A DNA stretch of 32,398 nt from Hydrurus foetidus. Lineage: Eukaryota. Below the pieces are notes generated by a model. The model saw nothing but the letters and a program-made list of their open reading frames with translations, was not told the origin of the DNA and ran no database searches. Below are positions 1 to 11,619 of this stretch, piece by piece; the stretch's first letter is position 1; the number at the start of each line of letters is the position of its first letter. A program made the translations under genes and the position numbers. The stretch spans positions 1 through 32,398 of the forward strand of contig UYFQ01000365.1 of the NCBI GenBank assembly GCA_900617105.1, in the 5' to 3' direction.

Positions 1-273
1 TGTAGCCTAGCACGTACGTTCACCGTACGCTTCGTATACGTTTGTATATATTCACGTATGTATATAATTCACGCACCCATAGTCTATTTTCATCCACATC
101 AACTGTCCACCGGTAACGGACGCTCATCAGCATCAGCACCCTTGTAGCCTATCGTTTGTGTCTGTTGTTAGCTGCTTGCTCGCTTCTTTCACAAACTGTA
201 ACTAACCTAACAGTTTACTCCAGCATACCGTCTTTACCCGGATTCTTCGTACTCGAATCCGGCCGCGACTACA
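1..273 (+). repeat. 5' LTR of element A
   Basis: 273 bp, TG...CA, 5-bp terminal inverted repeat TGTAG/CTACA. No differences from 5909-6181 seen by eye. Contains a CCGGATTC/GAATCCGG inverted repeat at 238-262. Confidence 0.97.
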
Positions 274-373
274 ATATTAATATTGAGAGTTGTTAGACGA
301 ACTCTCGTTACTGGAGAGCTAGATAGATTTTCAACCGCCGACATCCGACGACCATCTGGCACTGATCACCAGT

Positions 374-3300
374 ATGGTTTCCAGCAACCGACGAAGACTT
401 TCCAGGGTATCGGCCGTTTCGACGGCTCCCCTGTCGATTTCCCAGGAAGCGCCATCAACCGACGCCGTCGTCGAAATCGTCGCCGACACCATGGACGCTA
501 GCACAACGGGAGATTCCGACTCGGCGAATCCTCCCTCGCTTCCAGATCCATCTGTTGCTGCGACTGACGTCGCAGCACATCTATCTATCGCCTCTAACCC
601 CTTCTCGAATTTGGCCCCCGGCGTGGGAGGGGGAAACCCCTTGCAAAATTTTTTGCAGCCATCTTCCGCTCCATCTGGAGCTATTACAGCGGATCTAGCG
701 ATATCCCAAGCGGGGGAAGTCTCTGTTGAACATCAACAACTTCCCCAGCGAGTGGATGGAGTATCTTTGGAGCCGGCGCCTTCGCCACCAGCACCATCAC
801 CATCATCATCCACGATGATATCCGCCACCGCCGACACCACCGCCATCACCGCCATCGCCGCCACCGACATCACGCCACACCTGTCATTGTGCGTGATGTT
901 TTGCCTGCTTTGCCTGTGCTGCCTGTGTTATCTGCCGCAGTTTTGCCTGCAAACCCGGTGCAAACCGATTCCCTGTTGCTCACTTCAGACAGCAATGTCA
1001 TGAACAGAAATGTTCAGAGTGTTGCAACTTTTGCTACCGTTGGTGGTGTTACTACCGATGTTGTTGTTTCAAACCTTGCTGCACGCTATCTATTACCTCA
1101 TGAAAAGGTTAGAAAGCTCAGCAAGGTTCCAACTCATCTGGAAGTTTTAAGCATCACCAACGACCTTCGCAAGAATGGTTGCCCCTATACGTTTCTTGAC
1201 GTGGTACCATTAGACGTCGAGCAATCTCTTGTAACACTCCTGCAAAGGCAGTATTGCACTGAGAGAGCAATTCGCGACGAGTGCGAAGAGTGGAAGTCAT
1301 GGACTACCGAGAGATTCTGCAAAGAACTCCTCAAGGCAGTACCTGATGAGTCCATCGATACACCTTTGGGTCAGGCATCGTTCCTCGAGCAAGTCTCATC
1401 GTTCAATTTCAGATTTGATTTGAACAACATTGAGACTGACTCCTGTAACGATACTGCCCTTGGTGCATTGGTAGCAAATTTCCCCAGCACTACTGCTGAG
1501 GAACAGCTTAAGGCTGTTAAGATTCTAGAGCGTCAGTTGCCTACCCACCCCGTCAATTGGCAGCTCATCTTACGCCGCAAGGTGAACGGTGAGACTGTTC
1601 CAATCAACGATTTGAAAGATTTTCGATTCGTTTGGTGGACGCAACTGACTACTCTCAGAAACTCAGCTAACGAGCTTCGGGCTGCTGGTTATGAGGTTAC
1701 TCCAGGCCCAGCTACGCGTTCTAAAGATAAGCCTATCTCCAAACGCGCTGCTGAGCCTGATGAGGACACCATCAAACCACGTGCTAAGTCCGCGAAGACT
1801 GCAAAGTCTTCGAATCCCTCAACCACTCGCACCGTACAGGTCTGTGTTGGTTGTGGAAGATCTAATCACACTATCTCTGTGTGTAGATTTACTGCATCAC
1901 CCTACTTCAATTCTTCTGACAGTGCATATGCTGATAGCAATGCATTTAAGAAACTGAAAAAGGATTACCCTGATGCATTGGTTGCAAGAGGAGCGTACGT
2001 GCCTACCACCTCCTCTTCTTCCTCTTCTTCTACTGCTACCGCGTCAGCCTCGGCTGTACCGGAGGGTCCGTCTAAGCCGGTCACTAAGCAAAAGAGCTTA
2101 AAGAAGACAAGTAAGTTATCATCAACTATTAGTTTCACTGATGTTGTTATTCCTTCTTCCATATTGGGAGCTCTTACGAACCTTTCGTCAGCCGACTTTC
2201 TAACTGCTACTGTCACCTATGTGTCACAGCCCAGCCAGCCAAGAAATGAAGTCCAAGTGCTGATCGATACGGGATCGCTCGCCGGCAATTTTGTTGCCAT
2301 GCGTGTAATTAAGAATTTTCATTTAGAAGAATTTATTATTTTCGACAAGACACTGACTGTTTGTTCAGCCTTAGATGGAAAATGTTATAACATTTCTAAG
2401 TCTATAAATTTGAAAATGACTTACTTTTCTGAACGTTTAAATAAAAATACTTTTTTAAATTTCAAAGCAATTATTTTAAACAAGTCTTCAGTCGATGTTG
2501 TGATCGGACGAGTGACAATTCGGGAATCACAAATATTCCTCGAGTTGCCTAGTCAATTAGCATCGACTAATATAGTGCACAGGGCAGCGACCTCAGTAAC
2601 ACCCCAAAGGGTTATTGTATCAGGTCTACTAGCTTCTCTCGTCATTCAATCCGAGAATACATCTCAACTGGCTATGCCAGATGATGATGAAATCGGTGAA
2701 CATGAGGCTAGTACCTTTTCACCTTGGTTACCGGATACCAATCCGGAACCGGTTGACCCAGTATCCCTGATTAACATATCGGGTACTCCTGAACTTCAGG
2801 AGTTGATTAGACTACTCTGTATTGAATACAGAGATATCTTTTCAAATACACTTTCATCTCAGCCTGCTTCTATTCCTCCTTTTGATCTGGTTGTTCAGGA
2901 CCCTAAGTGGCGTGTCTCTAAAAATAGACAACCACCTAGACCTCAATCAGCAGCCAATCAGAAGGAGATTACTAGACAATTAAATATCCTCATTGAGCAG
3001 GGTATTATTGAGAAATCCACGGCGGCTTATTATAGCCAAGGATTTTTAGTAACTAAGGCTGACGGATCTAAAAGATTCGTTATAGATTACCGTAACTTGA
3101 ACGAATGTACGGAACATGCCTCTTGGCCCGTACCGAACATAACGGAAATGTTACAGAGAATCGGTTCTCAGAAACCGACGATCTTTGGCACGGTGGATTT
3201 TGCTCAAGCATACCATCAAGCCGCATTAACACTCGCTACTAAAAAATATACTTCGTTTATATTATATAGTGGTGTCTATCAGTTTACTAGACTACCTTTT

Positions 3301-5576
3301 GGTCTAAAGCAAGCACCTTCTTATTTTCAAGAGATGATTGCTACTGAAGTGTTAAATACGTTACTTTATAGAATTTTAGAAATTTATATCGATGACGTTA
3401 ACATTTTTGGAAACAGTCCTGACAACTTTGTTGCACGACTGCGAGAATTCTTTTCTCGCGTTCGTCTCCATAAAATGATCCTTAAACCATCCAAATGTTA
3501 TCTTGGCTATGCCGATTTAAAATTTGTTGGTAAGGTTATATCACAAGAGGGACTTAGAATGTCCCAGAGTAAAATCCAATTAGTTTTGGATTTTCCTTGT
3601 CCTACTGTATCCAAACAACTTAAAAGTTTTCTTGGATTGGTAAACTATTTCCGTGATTTCATCAGAAATCAGTCTACGATAGTAAGACCGTTACATGCGT
3701 TACTTACAAATTATCAAAGAACAAAACGGATAGTATGGACACCAGAAGCAACTTCTGCTTTTAATGAAATAAAGGAACAAGTATCGAAATGTACTACCAT
3801 TCATTTCATTAGTGATACTGCACCAATCACGTTGCACACTGATGCATCTGATTATGGTATCGGTGGTTACCTCTTCCAGACTATTGATGGAAAGGACTAT
3901 CCGGTTGCATTTGTAAGCAAATCTCTTTCTGGGTCTCAACTTCGTTGGTCCACTATTCAAAAGGAAGCTTATGCAATTTACTATTCTTGTATTTTTCTAC
4001 AATCACTTTTACGTGATAGATTATTTACAATTCGAACGGATCATAGAAATCTGTTATACATATATAACAATTCTAATCCAATGATTGTTCGGTGGTATGT
4101 AGCACTCTCAGAGTATACATATAAAATTGAATTTATTAAAGGTGTTGATAATGATATCGCCGACTCTATGTCTCGACTATGTCGTAACAATATGATCGAC
4201 TCACCTAAGGAATACTCTGCAGATATGATTCTTGCAGCAGCTATTATTCCGAAAATTCAACTCACCGATATGCAATACAATGCTATATCATCAGTTCACA
4301 ATTCTATGGTTGGTCATTTTGGACTAGCCAGAACTATGAAACGATTGAAAGCAAATCAACATAAGTGGGAATTCATGGAAAATCATGTTAGATATTTCAT
4401 TGACTTTTGCCCACAATGTCAAAAGATGAGTATGATTAAAATACCTATTCATGCTCATCCTTTTACGACTTCGTCGTATTACCCTATGGAATGTTTAAAC
4501 ATCGACTTTGTCGGTCCATTTCCTGACGGAGGACATATCCTCGTTATCATTGATACATTCACTCGTTGGACTGAATTGTATCATACTACTGATTCAACTG
4601 CACTATCCGCCGCCCAATGTCTAATACAACATTTTGGTCGTTTCGGAGCACCTCATCAGTTAAGATCAGATAACGGTCCCCACTTTATTGCTGACGTAAT
4701 ACGTGAGTTTTTATCGTTTGTTGGTACTCGACACTGTTTAACATTAGCTTACTCTAAGGAGGAAAATGCTATTGTTGAACGTATGAACAAAGAGATTAAC
4801 CGTCACATCCGATCACTCACATACGACAACACTTCATTAGAAGATTACAAATTAGCTTTACCTTTCGTTATGAGAATAATTAATTCAAATCATAGTGATC
4901 GTTTAAAGATATCTTCTGCACAATTACTGTTTGGTAACTGTGTTAATCTTGATCGTGGTATGTTCCGTCCAATTGACGAAGTTCCTCCTTCAAAGAAATC
5001 TATGTCAGTCTATATGAGTAACCTTCTCAAGACACAAGATAGTCTTAGAAAAGCAGCTGCTAAAGAGCTTCTTCGCACTGACTTACTTCATATGACACAT
5101 AAAAACAATTACAACATACGGATTTCCAACCCGGAACGTATGTATTGGTACATTACCGTACAGGTCACCCGCCTACACGTCTTCATACGTTCTGGCGTGG
5201 TCCTATGAGAGTTATTTCCGGATCAAACTCAAGGTTTACCCTTTATGATCTTATCTCTCATGTCGAAAAAGAATATCATGTTTCAGATATGAAACCTTTT
5301 CTTTTTGATCCACTACGTGTTGAACCATTAGACGTTGCTCGTCATGATTATATGGAATTTTATATTGAAAATATCCTTGAACATCGTGGTGACTTACAAC
5401 GCAAAACTTCGTTAGAATTCCTTGTCAAATGGTTAGGTTATGCCGATGAACACAATTCATGGACATCCTATGCCAATCTTCGTGATACCGAAAAATTACA
5501 CGAATACTTGACATCTAACAATCTTCAACGTTTAATACCTAGAAAGTTTACAAACGTTGTAGATACAAATATATAA
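374..5576 (+). CDS. Gag-Pol polyprotein of element A (ORFs 374-1003, 889-5208 and 5145-5576 joined across apparent frameshifts)
   Basis: CCHC knuckle CVGCGRSNHTISVC, protease LIDTGS, RT (RLPFGL, YIDD), RNase H TDASDYGIGG, integrase H..H/CPQC and RSDNG core, C-terminal chromodomain (FYIENILEHRG...FLVKWLGY...NSW). Frame breaks near 800-880 and at the A-run 5101-5105. Confidence 0.93.
2111..2229 (+). other. Candidate retained/alternatively spliced intron at the gag-protease boundary, element A
   Basis: GTAAGT donor at 2111, CTAAC branch-like motif at 2200-2204, first downstream AG is TCACAG ending at 2229. Length 119 nt. The spliced frame reaches TGA at 2247-2249. Confidence 0.6.
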
Positions 5577-5892
5577 TACTAAACAATATCCATGATGGAT
5601 TTCAACCCTATTTTTTGTTTGTTGTCGGTCAACATTCTTTTTGGGAGTTTTTAGTCAGTAAGAGTCTGACATAATTGTTTAGATATTATACCCCGACTCT
5701 AAGGAGTGCCGCCGATGAAAATCGTGTCGACAACATTTTGATTTTCATATCCACACATACTACCAAATCTTTGACGATAGATAGGCGTATGGGATCCCTG
5801 AATAATTTGAAGTGGCACCTTTTTCAAATGAGCTATACGTTACCACATGTATTTTCACTCACATTCATTTTCTTTCACTTAACTTAAATTTT

Positions 5893-5908
5893 AAGGAGGA
5901 AGGAGTAG
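5893..5908 (+). promoter_or_regulatory. Polypurine tract of element A
   Basis: AAGGAGGAAGGAGTAG immediately 5' of the 3' LTR TG. Confidence 0.9.
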
Positions 5909-6181
5909 TGTAGCCTAGCACGTACGTTCACCGTACGCTTCGTATACGTTTGTATATATTCACGTATGTATATAATTCACGCACCCATAGTCTATTTTCA
6001 TCCACATCAACTGTCCACCGGTAACGGACGCTCATCAGCATCAGCACCCTTGTAGCCTATCGTTTGTGTCTGTTGTTAGCTGCTTGCTCGCTTCTTTCAC
6101 AAACTGTAACTAACCTAACAGTTTACTCCAGCATACCGTCTTTACCCGGATTCTTCGTACTCGAATCCGGCCGCGACTACA
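5909..6181 (+). repeat. 3' LTR of element A
   Basis: Direct copy of 1-273. Confidence 0.97.
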
Positions 6182-6960
6182 CCCGGCACGGTGCCTTTTT
6201 TCGAGTGATCCGCTTGTGGCGGATACATGCTCACTGTAAAGACTGTGATAACCGCAGACCAAACCAAAGAGGACAGTAATAATTTCCTGCGCATTTAATG
6301 GACTCGCCATGCACTTAAAAAAAAATTGGGTGAAAATTAGCTCTCTCTGCAAGAAAAATTCATCACAATTATACAGCTGATCGATGGTGCATTCAAATAT
6401 CCCGCCGTCGCATAGAAATTCATTTGCATCTAAACTTATCATGACGAAGAATAAGTAGATACGGAGCATGCATGTCCTTTGCACAATAGTGATAGAGGTC
6501 ATGGTGTACGAGGGTTCATCATATCACAGTCCCAAAGGGATTTGGTAGTTCAGGTTTTTGAATTATGAGTGAAAGGGAGGTGAGTTTTTTTTAGCGGGAT
6601 CCACCGGTGAAACCGTCCCCTCTCCTTTAATACCCCCTTGGAGTGAAAGTGAAAGTGCTCGATTGAAGCTTGAAACCGCTTCACAGATCAGCAGCAAACC
6701 TACACACGGAAACCCCACATCGAGAGCTCGAGCTGCTATCACTATAATCACTGAATAGCATCGACACCATGAAAAACATAACTATAGCAGTCAAAACTTC
6801 ACTTCTTCTCTGAACGAGCGGAACTCTCTTCATTTAAACAAATCGAAAAGGACAGGCATCAACATCCGTCTCATGCAGCTGCTTCTCTGACGTGACTATT
6901 GTCCTTACCGCAGATATCAGTGACGCTGTGGATCAGTGTTCTGTAACGTAGGAGTTGATC

Positions 6961-9493
6961 ATGGGTGGAGGCGCGTCATCAATGCAGGGTGTCGACGAAC
7001 TCTTGTCTGCGACTTACATGATAGGACGTGCAATATCTGCTATAACATTTCCTGGAATGTACAGGATTTACGATTTCCATTCAAGCAAAGCTCCAAAACT
7101 GAAGAATCAGCGTCAGTTTACTTTTTTTGCTCCTGATAGCGATGATGAGGATGAGAGTCTACTAGAGAGACCTGACGAGTCAACATTCTCGCATCTTTTC
7201 AATGTGCTTGTTGGCGAAGATATCATCTATTTGGAGAATCCAATCGAAATCAACGAGGCAGGTTGGACACCACTCCATACATGCTGCATGAGCTTCTTGA
7301 CTGTCCCAGCAGGACTGGTTCTAATTGATGAAATCATGAGGGGAGGAGCTGACATTGATACGAAAACTGTCGCTGGTCCTGGGACATTCAACTCTGAATG
7401 GACTTGCTTGCACATGTAAGTTAATTACCTTGAGGACAATTATAGATGCACTGTCAGTCCAAACTCCACGTCTAACGTCTTTTGGATATCCTCAAAATAC
7501 TTTTAAAAAAGGGCTTCTGCATACGGCATCACACAGCTAGTTGAAAAACTCATTGACGTTGGCGCTAATGTCAATACGACGAATTCTTTTGGATACACCC
7601 CGTTGTTAGAGGCGTGTCATAGAGGCTTTCAGAACATCGTAGAGTTGCTAGTCAAAGGCGAAGCAGACTTGCAGTATATTCCACCAGCTGACAAATCAAA
7701 TTCTTCGCCTTTCGTCAGTGCTCCAGCTCAGACAGCTCTTTCAGAGTCGGCTAGATGTGGATTTCACAGAATAGTTCAGGTCTGCTTAAGGAATATAATG
7801 AAATAAAAAAGATGATCAAGTGGATAATCTGGACCCGATCTACTTTTGTTTATAACAGATTTTGCTTGATGCTGGTGCTCCCAAGGACAGAGTCAATTCA
7901 TTAGGATGGACAGCTCTGCATGAAGCCTGCTTCTACAATCGCACAGAAGTGGTCAAGGTCCTCATGCTCAGCGGTGCAAACGCGTCACTCCGCACTAGAG
8001 GCGGTGCACTGCCCTATCACCTTGCAGGACTGCATGTCGTGAGGACGATGTTAGAGGAGATGGGTGGAGCTGAAGTGGTGCCAGATGCGAGTGACACAAT
8101 AGATATGGTGGCGATACTGCGAGAACTCACCATGCCGGAGATGTTCGATGGTAGCAGTTCAGGTAACTAAACTCTGACTCACTCTTCCAAATATATGCAC
8201 AGCAGCAAATGCAAAACAATTACTGAGAGCAATGTACCTTACGTCTATTTATCTTCCTCAGCATCCGCGTCATGTGCTGATACAGCACATCAGAAGAGCA
8301 TCACCAGTGCTGGCACTAGCATTGAGTCACCGAGTCGGAATAGTCCCAAGAAAGATCTTCTTCGCCAGTTTGAAGTGGAGCAAAGCAGCGCAAAGAAAGT
8401 GGCCAGTATAGAGGAGAAGTCCTCTTCAACTTCAAAGAAACCTGCTGCTCTGCTGCACAGTGGAGGGGTACTAGGCGATCTGCCTTCCCTCGCAGTGGAC
8501 AAGATGCACATAGGGTCAGCAGGATCGAGCTCCAGCTCTGACTATGCAAGAGCGCTTGAATACGGGGACTCTGGATCGGACTACCCCGTCCACAGCACTG
8601 GGTCGCCATTGAAGAACAAGGGCAGGCAGTATGCTGATGCACGAGCTGACGGGAAGGATAAGAACATATCCTCTATGTCCTCCAGTGGTACTAGTGCAGG
8701 AAAAAAAATCAAGAAAATGCGCGATGTGTATACACCACCTGCCAATTTTCCTCCGTCATATTTATGTCAGCTGAGTCAACGACCAATGAGTGATCCGGTC
8801 AAAAGCACATACGGGAATGTTTACGACAGACCCGTTATCCTCGGCTGGATGAGCAAGCAAGGGCATATATGCCCCCTATCAGGTGAGCCAGAGTCAGCTG
8901 TATTTGAGATTGTGTGTGCTTGAGAATGACTTTAAAGAGGGGAAAAAGGGAAATAGTAACGTGAACGCAATAAAATTGACTAAAATAAGCACATACGCAA
9001 ACGCAGTGAACCTAAGGCATGCCAGTAGAATTGATCCTTCGCTCTCGGTAGTAGCTAACTAACTCACCTACATTCAACCTACCTTCGCTTCTAACTCCTT
9101 GCTTGCTCCTCCTCTTTTTCTTTCTTTTGCCCCTGCACTCTCTCTTTCTCTACCTTTCTTTCGTCCTTTCTTAATCTCTATCTCTCACTTTCTCTATCTT
9201 TTTCTTTTTCTCCTTTCTTTCACTCTTACTTTCTACACTCGTTTTCCCACGTTTCCTTTCTCATTGAAGGTGCTCCCCTGTCTGAGTCTGACTTGAAGCC
9301 TATGGACGAAATGGCTGCAGAGATTAGAGCCTGGATTCTTGACAACAGCAAAGCAGTAGAGTCGAGAAGTAGCGTTACTAGCAGTACTAACGGTAACGGC
9401 AATAGGGAGAGGGATAAAGAGGGAGGTCTCAGGGAATCAAAGGTAAACGTAGGCGCTGCTGCTGTTGCTGCAGACGATCTGTACGATTTTTAA
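6961..9493 (+). CDS. Ankyrin-repeat and U-box protein (putative E3 ubiquitin ligase). Predicted exons 6961-7415, 7512-7779, 7859-8162, 8262-8882, 9270-9493
   Basis: Ankyrin motifs (GWTPLHTCC, GYTPLLEACHRG, GWTALHEACFYN). U-box-like YLCQLSQRPMSDPVKSTYGNVYDRPVILGW...CPLSG|APLSESDLKP. GT-AG junctions keep the frame. N-terminus is MGGGAS. Confidence 0.85.
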
Positions 9494-10832
9494 ATCGTTG
9501 TAGAGCTCTATACGACTCTCCTCCCTTCCTCTTTACCTCTTTCCTGTCCTATCGGCTGCGATGGGACAATGCAGCAAATTGTTATTGCCAGGAGCGAAAT
9601 ACATCTCGACATCGAGCATCTCTCCTCTTCAAAATTGATTAAAATAAAGTGCAATAGGGTAGCAGTCTACGCACAACGAAATCCATTGAACATACTTATT
9701 TGAACTCTGAGTGATAGGTAGATACCGCAGGAAAACAAAAAGCGTCCAAAATATGAGTCCTTCATCCAGATGACGATATGCCATTTCTTTCTAATGACAC
9801 AATTCTATTCTATTGTACATATGACGAAACCGTTTTCTCTCTCACATGTTTGGAGATCATCTCCCTCCCTGCTGATGATTTTCTACATTGCGCTGTACAA
9901 CTCATTTCTTGTCTATGCCGCACATTAGGACCCACTTTAGTTTATTTCATAGCGATGAACAACTTACGTCTTATTTTACAGCAATTATCAGAAATGCTGT
10001 CTCATCTCATATTTCTCTCAATTCTATCAATCGAATCGAATCAAATTAAATCAGCTGTTTGATGTTGTTGATTGGATTGTTTCCCGTGCTCTTAATTGTG
10101 GTGGATTTACAAACGTAAAAAGAAGACTCTGTTCTTTTCTTTTCTACAGAACAGAAGATATTGTCGTCACAGTATAGTTGCAACCGTGGAAGCCTTGATT
10201 CTAATGGACACGGCACTTGTCAAATGTCTGACCTGATGGTAGTGCAGGATGACATCCGAATACTGCAATCGCACATTTTGTTTTATCTGCTGCGCGGCTC
10301 TACTAAATTCCAACATGGACGTACGTGTGTACGTGACGCATGGTGGGGACAAGAAAAAATGGGTCGGAGAAGTATTCGGATGCTCTGTCCAGAATTCGCA
10401 CGCACTTCAGAGTAAGAGCCATTGCGGTAGACAGTTGATAGATCATGGTTCAAATATTGCGCAAACTCTCGGTATCCCATTTCACATTCAAACGAATTAT
10501 TAGTGTTGTCTAAAAATTTATATGGCATTGATTAGTTGATATATTCTGTCAGTTTTGTTACCATTGAATCGTGCAGTATGACCACCTGTACGCATTGATG
10601 TGCTCTGAACTACATACGTGCCTTCAATAATGTGCCGGTTGCAACTCTCCACAGACACTTCTGAGACATGCTATTCCAATATTTCTCACATGTGTAATAC
10701 GTATTCATCTGGCATTTTCGATGTTTAGGAACAACAGTTGTGACCTCGACAATATATGCTCTGAAAGTAGACAACATCAAGAGAAGTTCTCCATCAAATA
10801 ATCGACACGGTCGTACATACACTCAGTTGCCC

Positions 10833-11619
10833 TCTGAAAGATGAGAGATCAATCATTCCAACGACTTGACAAACCTCTGGCATTCAGTATCAAATTCTAA
10901 ATAAAAGTGTCGTGCAAAAAGTATGAATCATTCAACTCCCCACGATGATTCGTTTTGTGGGCCCATACTGCCCGGGTCGAGCAGTGGCTACTTAGCTGAT
11001 AATCCATGGAGTCACATCTCTCCAAACAATGTGACAATGGCACTCAAATTTGAAGCAAGTTACCTCCCCATATTCATCAATTTAACCGTTAACAAGATCT
11101 CCCTTGATAATGAATTGTGACGAAAAGTTCTCGGAGCTAAGTGAGACCGAGAATAAGTCGGTTAGCTCCACTAGAAATGATTTTGGGAAGATCTACTCCC
11201 CGGATAGAGTAACATTTGAATCATTCTGAAAGATGAAAGATCAATCATTCCAACGACTCGACAAACCTTTGGCATTCAGTACCAAATTCTAAATAAAAGT
11301 GTCGTGCAAAAAGTATGAATCATTCAACTCCCCACGATGATTCGTTTTGTGGGCCCATACTGCCCGGGTCGAGCAGTGGCTACTTAGCTGATAATCCATG
11401 GAGTCACATCTCTCCAAACAATGTGATAATCTGGCACTCAAATTTGAAGCAAGTTACCTCCCCATATTCATCAATTTAACCGTTAACGAGGTCTCCCTTG
11501 ACAATGAATTGTGACGAAAAGTTCTCGGAGTTAAGTGAGACCGAGAATAAGTCGGTTAGCTCCACTAGAAATGATTTTGGGAAGATCTACTCCCCGGATA
11601 GAGTGACATTTGAATCATT
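10833..11619 (+). repeat. Tandem duplication, two ~393-bp copies (10833-11225 and 11226-11619)
   Basis: Both copies begin CTGAAAGATGARAGATCAATCATTCCAACGAC and end ACATTTGAATCATT. They differ by several substitutions and one 2-nt indel. Confidence 0.93.

Larger units (their letters stand above)
1..6181 (+). mobile_element. Full-length Ty3/Gypsy (chromovirus-like) LTR retrotransposon, element A
   Basis: Direct repeats at 1-273 and 5909-6181 with TGTAG...CTACA ends. Internal gag-PR-RT-RH-IN-chromodomain order. Polypurine tract before the 3' LTR. The TSD cannot be checked because the 5' flank is outside the window. Confidence 0.97.

Noticed and set aside
730..1003. Programmed -1 frameshift between ORF 374-1003 and ORF 889-5208
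   Set aside because: No canonical slippery heptamer was found in the overlap, and the break is upstream of the Gag core and knuckle, not at the gag-pol boundary. Indels in a Pro-rich repeat explain it better.
5095..5110. Programmed frameshift producing the chromodomain
   Set aside because: T AAA AAC is not a canonical slippery site, and element B is continuous here. A single missing A in a homopolymer suffices.
6110..6751. Minus-strand ORFs and small hairpins right of element A
   Set aside because: No recognisable domain or transposon termini, and the 130-aa ORF runs into the LTR. It could be a remnant, but this is unsupported.
9099..9296. Hydrophobic Phe/Leu/Ser-rich ORF
   Set aside because: It is the translation of a CT-rich tract inside the last intron of the ankyrin/U-box gene.
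9778..10822. Short ORFs between the U-box and Pellino genes
   Set aside because: No recognisable motifs or convincing exon chain. A small gene near 10150-10503 cannot be excluded.
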